From: Camelus dromedarius
Lineage: Eukaryota
Reading direction: 5' to 3'
NCBI RefSeq assembly: GCF_036321535.1
Contig: NC_087436.1
Location: forward strand, 21,392,001-21,456,000
Length of the DNA stretch: 64,000 nucleotides
Position 1 is the first letter of the stretch. Each line of letters starts with the position of its first letter. This document shows, piece by piece, positions 61,989 to 64,000 of this stretch. The notes below the pieces were generated by a model. It searched no databases. It saw only the letters and a program-made list of their open reading frames with translations, and was not told the origin of the DNA. Made by a program: the position numbers and the translations under genes.

Positions 61989-62249
61989 CTGAAAGAGAAT
62001 AAAATATAATGACTTTTCTATACATGTGTACACACACACACATTTTTTAAAAGCTAAATAGAAGTTAGTTCAAGGACTTATTATCTTCAAGGTAAAATTT
62101 CACTCACCTGTAGGCCCTTTACCTGGCAAAGTCACTGCCCACAATGTAGTGAAGAAGGGGAACGAGAATAAAGGTAAATGAACATTTCCTATGCGGCCTG
62201 GCAATGGCCATGTGCTGTCACATATTATTTCTATCTTCCCGATTAGCAA

Positions 62250-63410
62250 ATAGAAATAGATTAGGCTATTAATGGGTAACTTAAGTAAACAACTTTTAAA
62301 TTCTTTCAAATATGCATGAAATAAAAAAATATACTGCAATTGAAACTCTGAAGTTAAGTGATTGAAGGAGTGTGGTACTAGTGCTGGATGGGAAAAGGAC
62401 AAACTATTCAAAAGACAGTATAGGAACAATTGGGTATCCATCTGGAAAAAAAATGGAATTGGATAAGATTTTACACTGTCACAAATGCCACAGAGGAATA
62501 ATGAGCTAAATGTAAAATACAAAGCTACTAAAGTATTTAAAAGAAAAAAAAGAGGGGGGGGAGGATTTAGAGGAGGAAGGTTTCCTAAAAATTCAGATAC
62601 TATAAATGATAAATAGCAGATTTGACTGCATAAAATAAAAAATTGCAAATGAAGCCCTCTACGAATCTGAATCGCACTGACTGGAAGAAAGCATGGTACA
62701 AGGGATTATCATCCAGAGTATATATAAATCAGTATGAAAAAGAAAAGGACCCAAGAGAAAGGTGCACAAAGAATAGATTATTTAGAAAAGAAACACAAAT
62801 GAACAAAGAAAATTAGAGAGGGAGAAACTGTAATGTTCAGCAATATGCAAATTAAAACAAAAAGATATTTCCCCCAAGACTGGAAAAAATTTTAAAGACT
62901 GATTATACCAAGTACTGCCAAAGGTATGGGGTCATAGGTACCCTCATGAATTAGTATGCAAGTACAAATGCTACAGCCTTTCTGGAGAGCAATTTGGCAC
63001 ACCCTATTCAAAGAATATCCTCTATATCTGCATTTGGGCAGACTGCTGTTAATTATGAGCAAAATAACCCAACAGTCATCAATAGGAGTATGGTTAAATA
63101 AATTATGATACACCTGTTTACTCAGAGTAACAGTTCTGTCATTGTCCTAACATGGGACTATTTCCAACACAAATCATTAAAAGATAAAAGTGGCTGGAAA
63201 AGAATATATAAACAAGATTCTTTATAAATATATTTAAAAAAAACCAGTGTTTTTGTACCAGATAAATCTTATCACTATACAAAAAACAGGTCTGGAATAA
63301 TGCATGCAAAGCTTAACAAATTATGTTTGGGAATAGGAATATCTGATTTTTATTTTACGTACTTCCAGATTTTTTTTTTTAACCACAAAGAATTTACTTA
63401 TTCCCAAAGA
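62250..63410 (+). mobile_element. Ancient L1ME-type fragment in a USP38 intron
   Basis: Degenerate ORF2 motifs (GGAACAATTGGGTATCCATCTGGAAAAA, ATGCAAATTAAAACAA, CCTTTCTGGAGAGCAATTTGGCA). Confidence 0.65.
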
Positions 63411-64000
63411 AACAAAATATGCTGTCTGCCTATCCTGAGACACTATATTGGTCACTGTACAGTAAGATGTGCTCTTTGAATTGCTGTTGCCAGTTTTAAC
63501 TGCTGGTTTCTGCTTATTCTAGAGCATCTGTAAAATGAGACTGCTGCATTAGACTATCTCGGGAGGTAAAACACGGATCACTTTAGCTTTATGCTAGGTA
63601 CATTTGCTTGAAAAACAAACAAAAAATCGCAAATACAAATAAATCAAAAGACAAAAGAAAATTAGTAAGCCAAAAGAAAAACCTTTTAGTGTTGCTAGTA
63701 TATTCTGACGCCAGGAAATAAAACTAAACTCTTCATCTTTTAGGTTATGATTCCTCTAGGTAGGCATAAAAACTTACAAAGGCTTGGAACTCAATAAACA
63801 TCTTTGGTCAAATTTCATGAATACTCTATTGGTACTGAAGAGAAAAATTCAACGAGGTTTTTGCCTTCAGGAAAAGTTCATCATTATTTTGTACCTTTAC
63901 AGACTGTATTCACATAGCTAACACCCTCTGATTTTCTATTTGCTTGGCTGCAAAAGAAAGTGAATTTGAAAGTAAATCTGTAAGAAGCAAAGAAACATGT

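Noticed and set aside
62100..62648. 182-aa hydrophobic minus-strand ORF
   Set aside because: Mostly the T-rich antisense of an ancient L1 fragment, with F/L bias and no recognisable domain.
1..64000. CRISPR array, prokaryotic operon or novel multi-gene system
   Set aside because: The sequence is clearly mammalian (spliced gene, L1/MIR/L2/MER repeats). I saw no regularly spaced repeat-spacer structure or clustered long ORFs.

Overview
This is mammalian genomic DNA, most likely camelid (alpaca/camel type), judged from six copies of a ~80-190 bp tRNA-derived SINE resembling vic-1 and from cetartiodactyl/camelid-type LINE-1 3' ends. The right-hand ~16 kb holds the last four coding exons and the 3'UTR of the deubiquitinase gene USP38 on the minus strand. 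The exons are 61895-61988, 59152-59258, 56411-57770 and 51652-51813, and all splice in frame with GT-AG introns. The remaining ~47.7 kb is intergenic: mostly old and young transposable-element fragments and microsatellites, plus a few repeat-poor islands that may be regulatory. By human synteny this interval runs toward GAB1. I found no evidence for a novel multi-gene system. The most notable observations are a twin-priming inverted L1, candidate alternative/intronic polyadenylation and tandem splice acceptors in USP38, and nested insertions with intact target-site duplications (TSDs). Repeat family names are recognised by eye and repeat boundaries are approximate.
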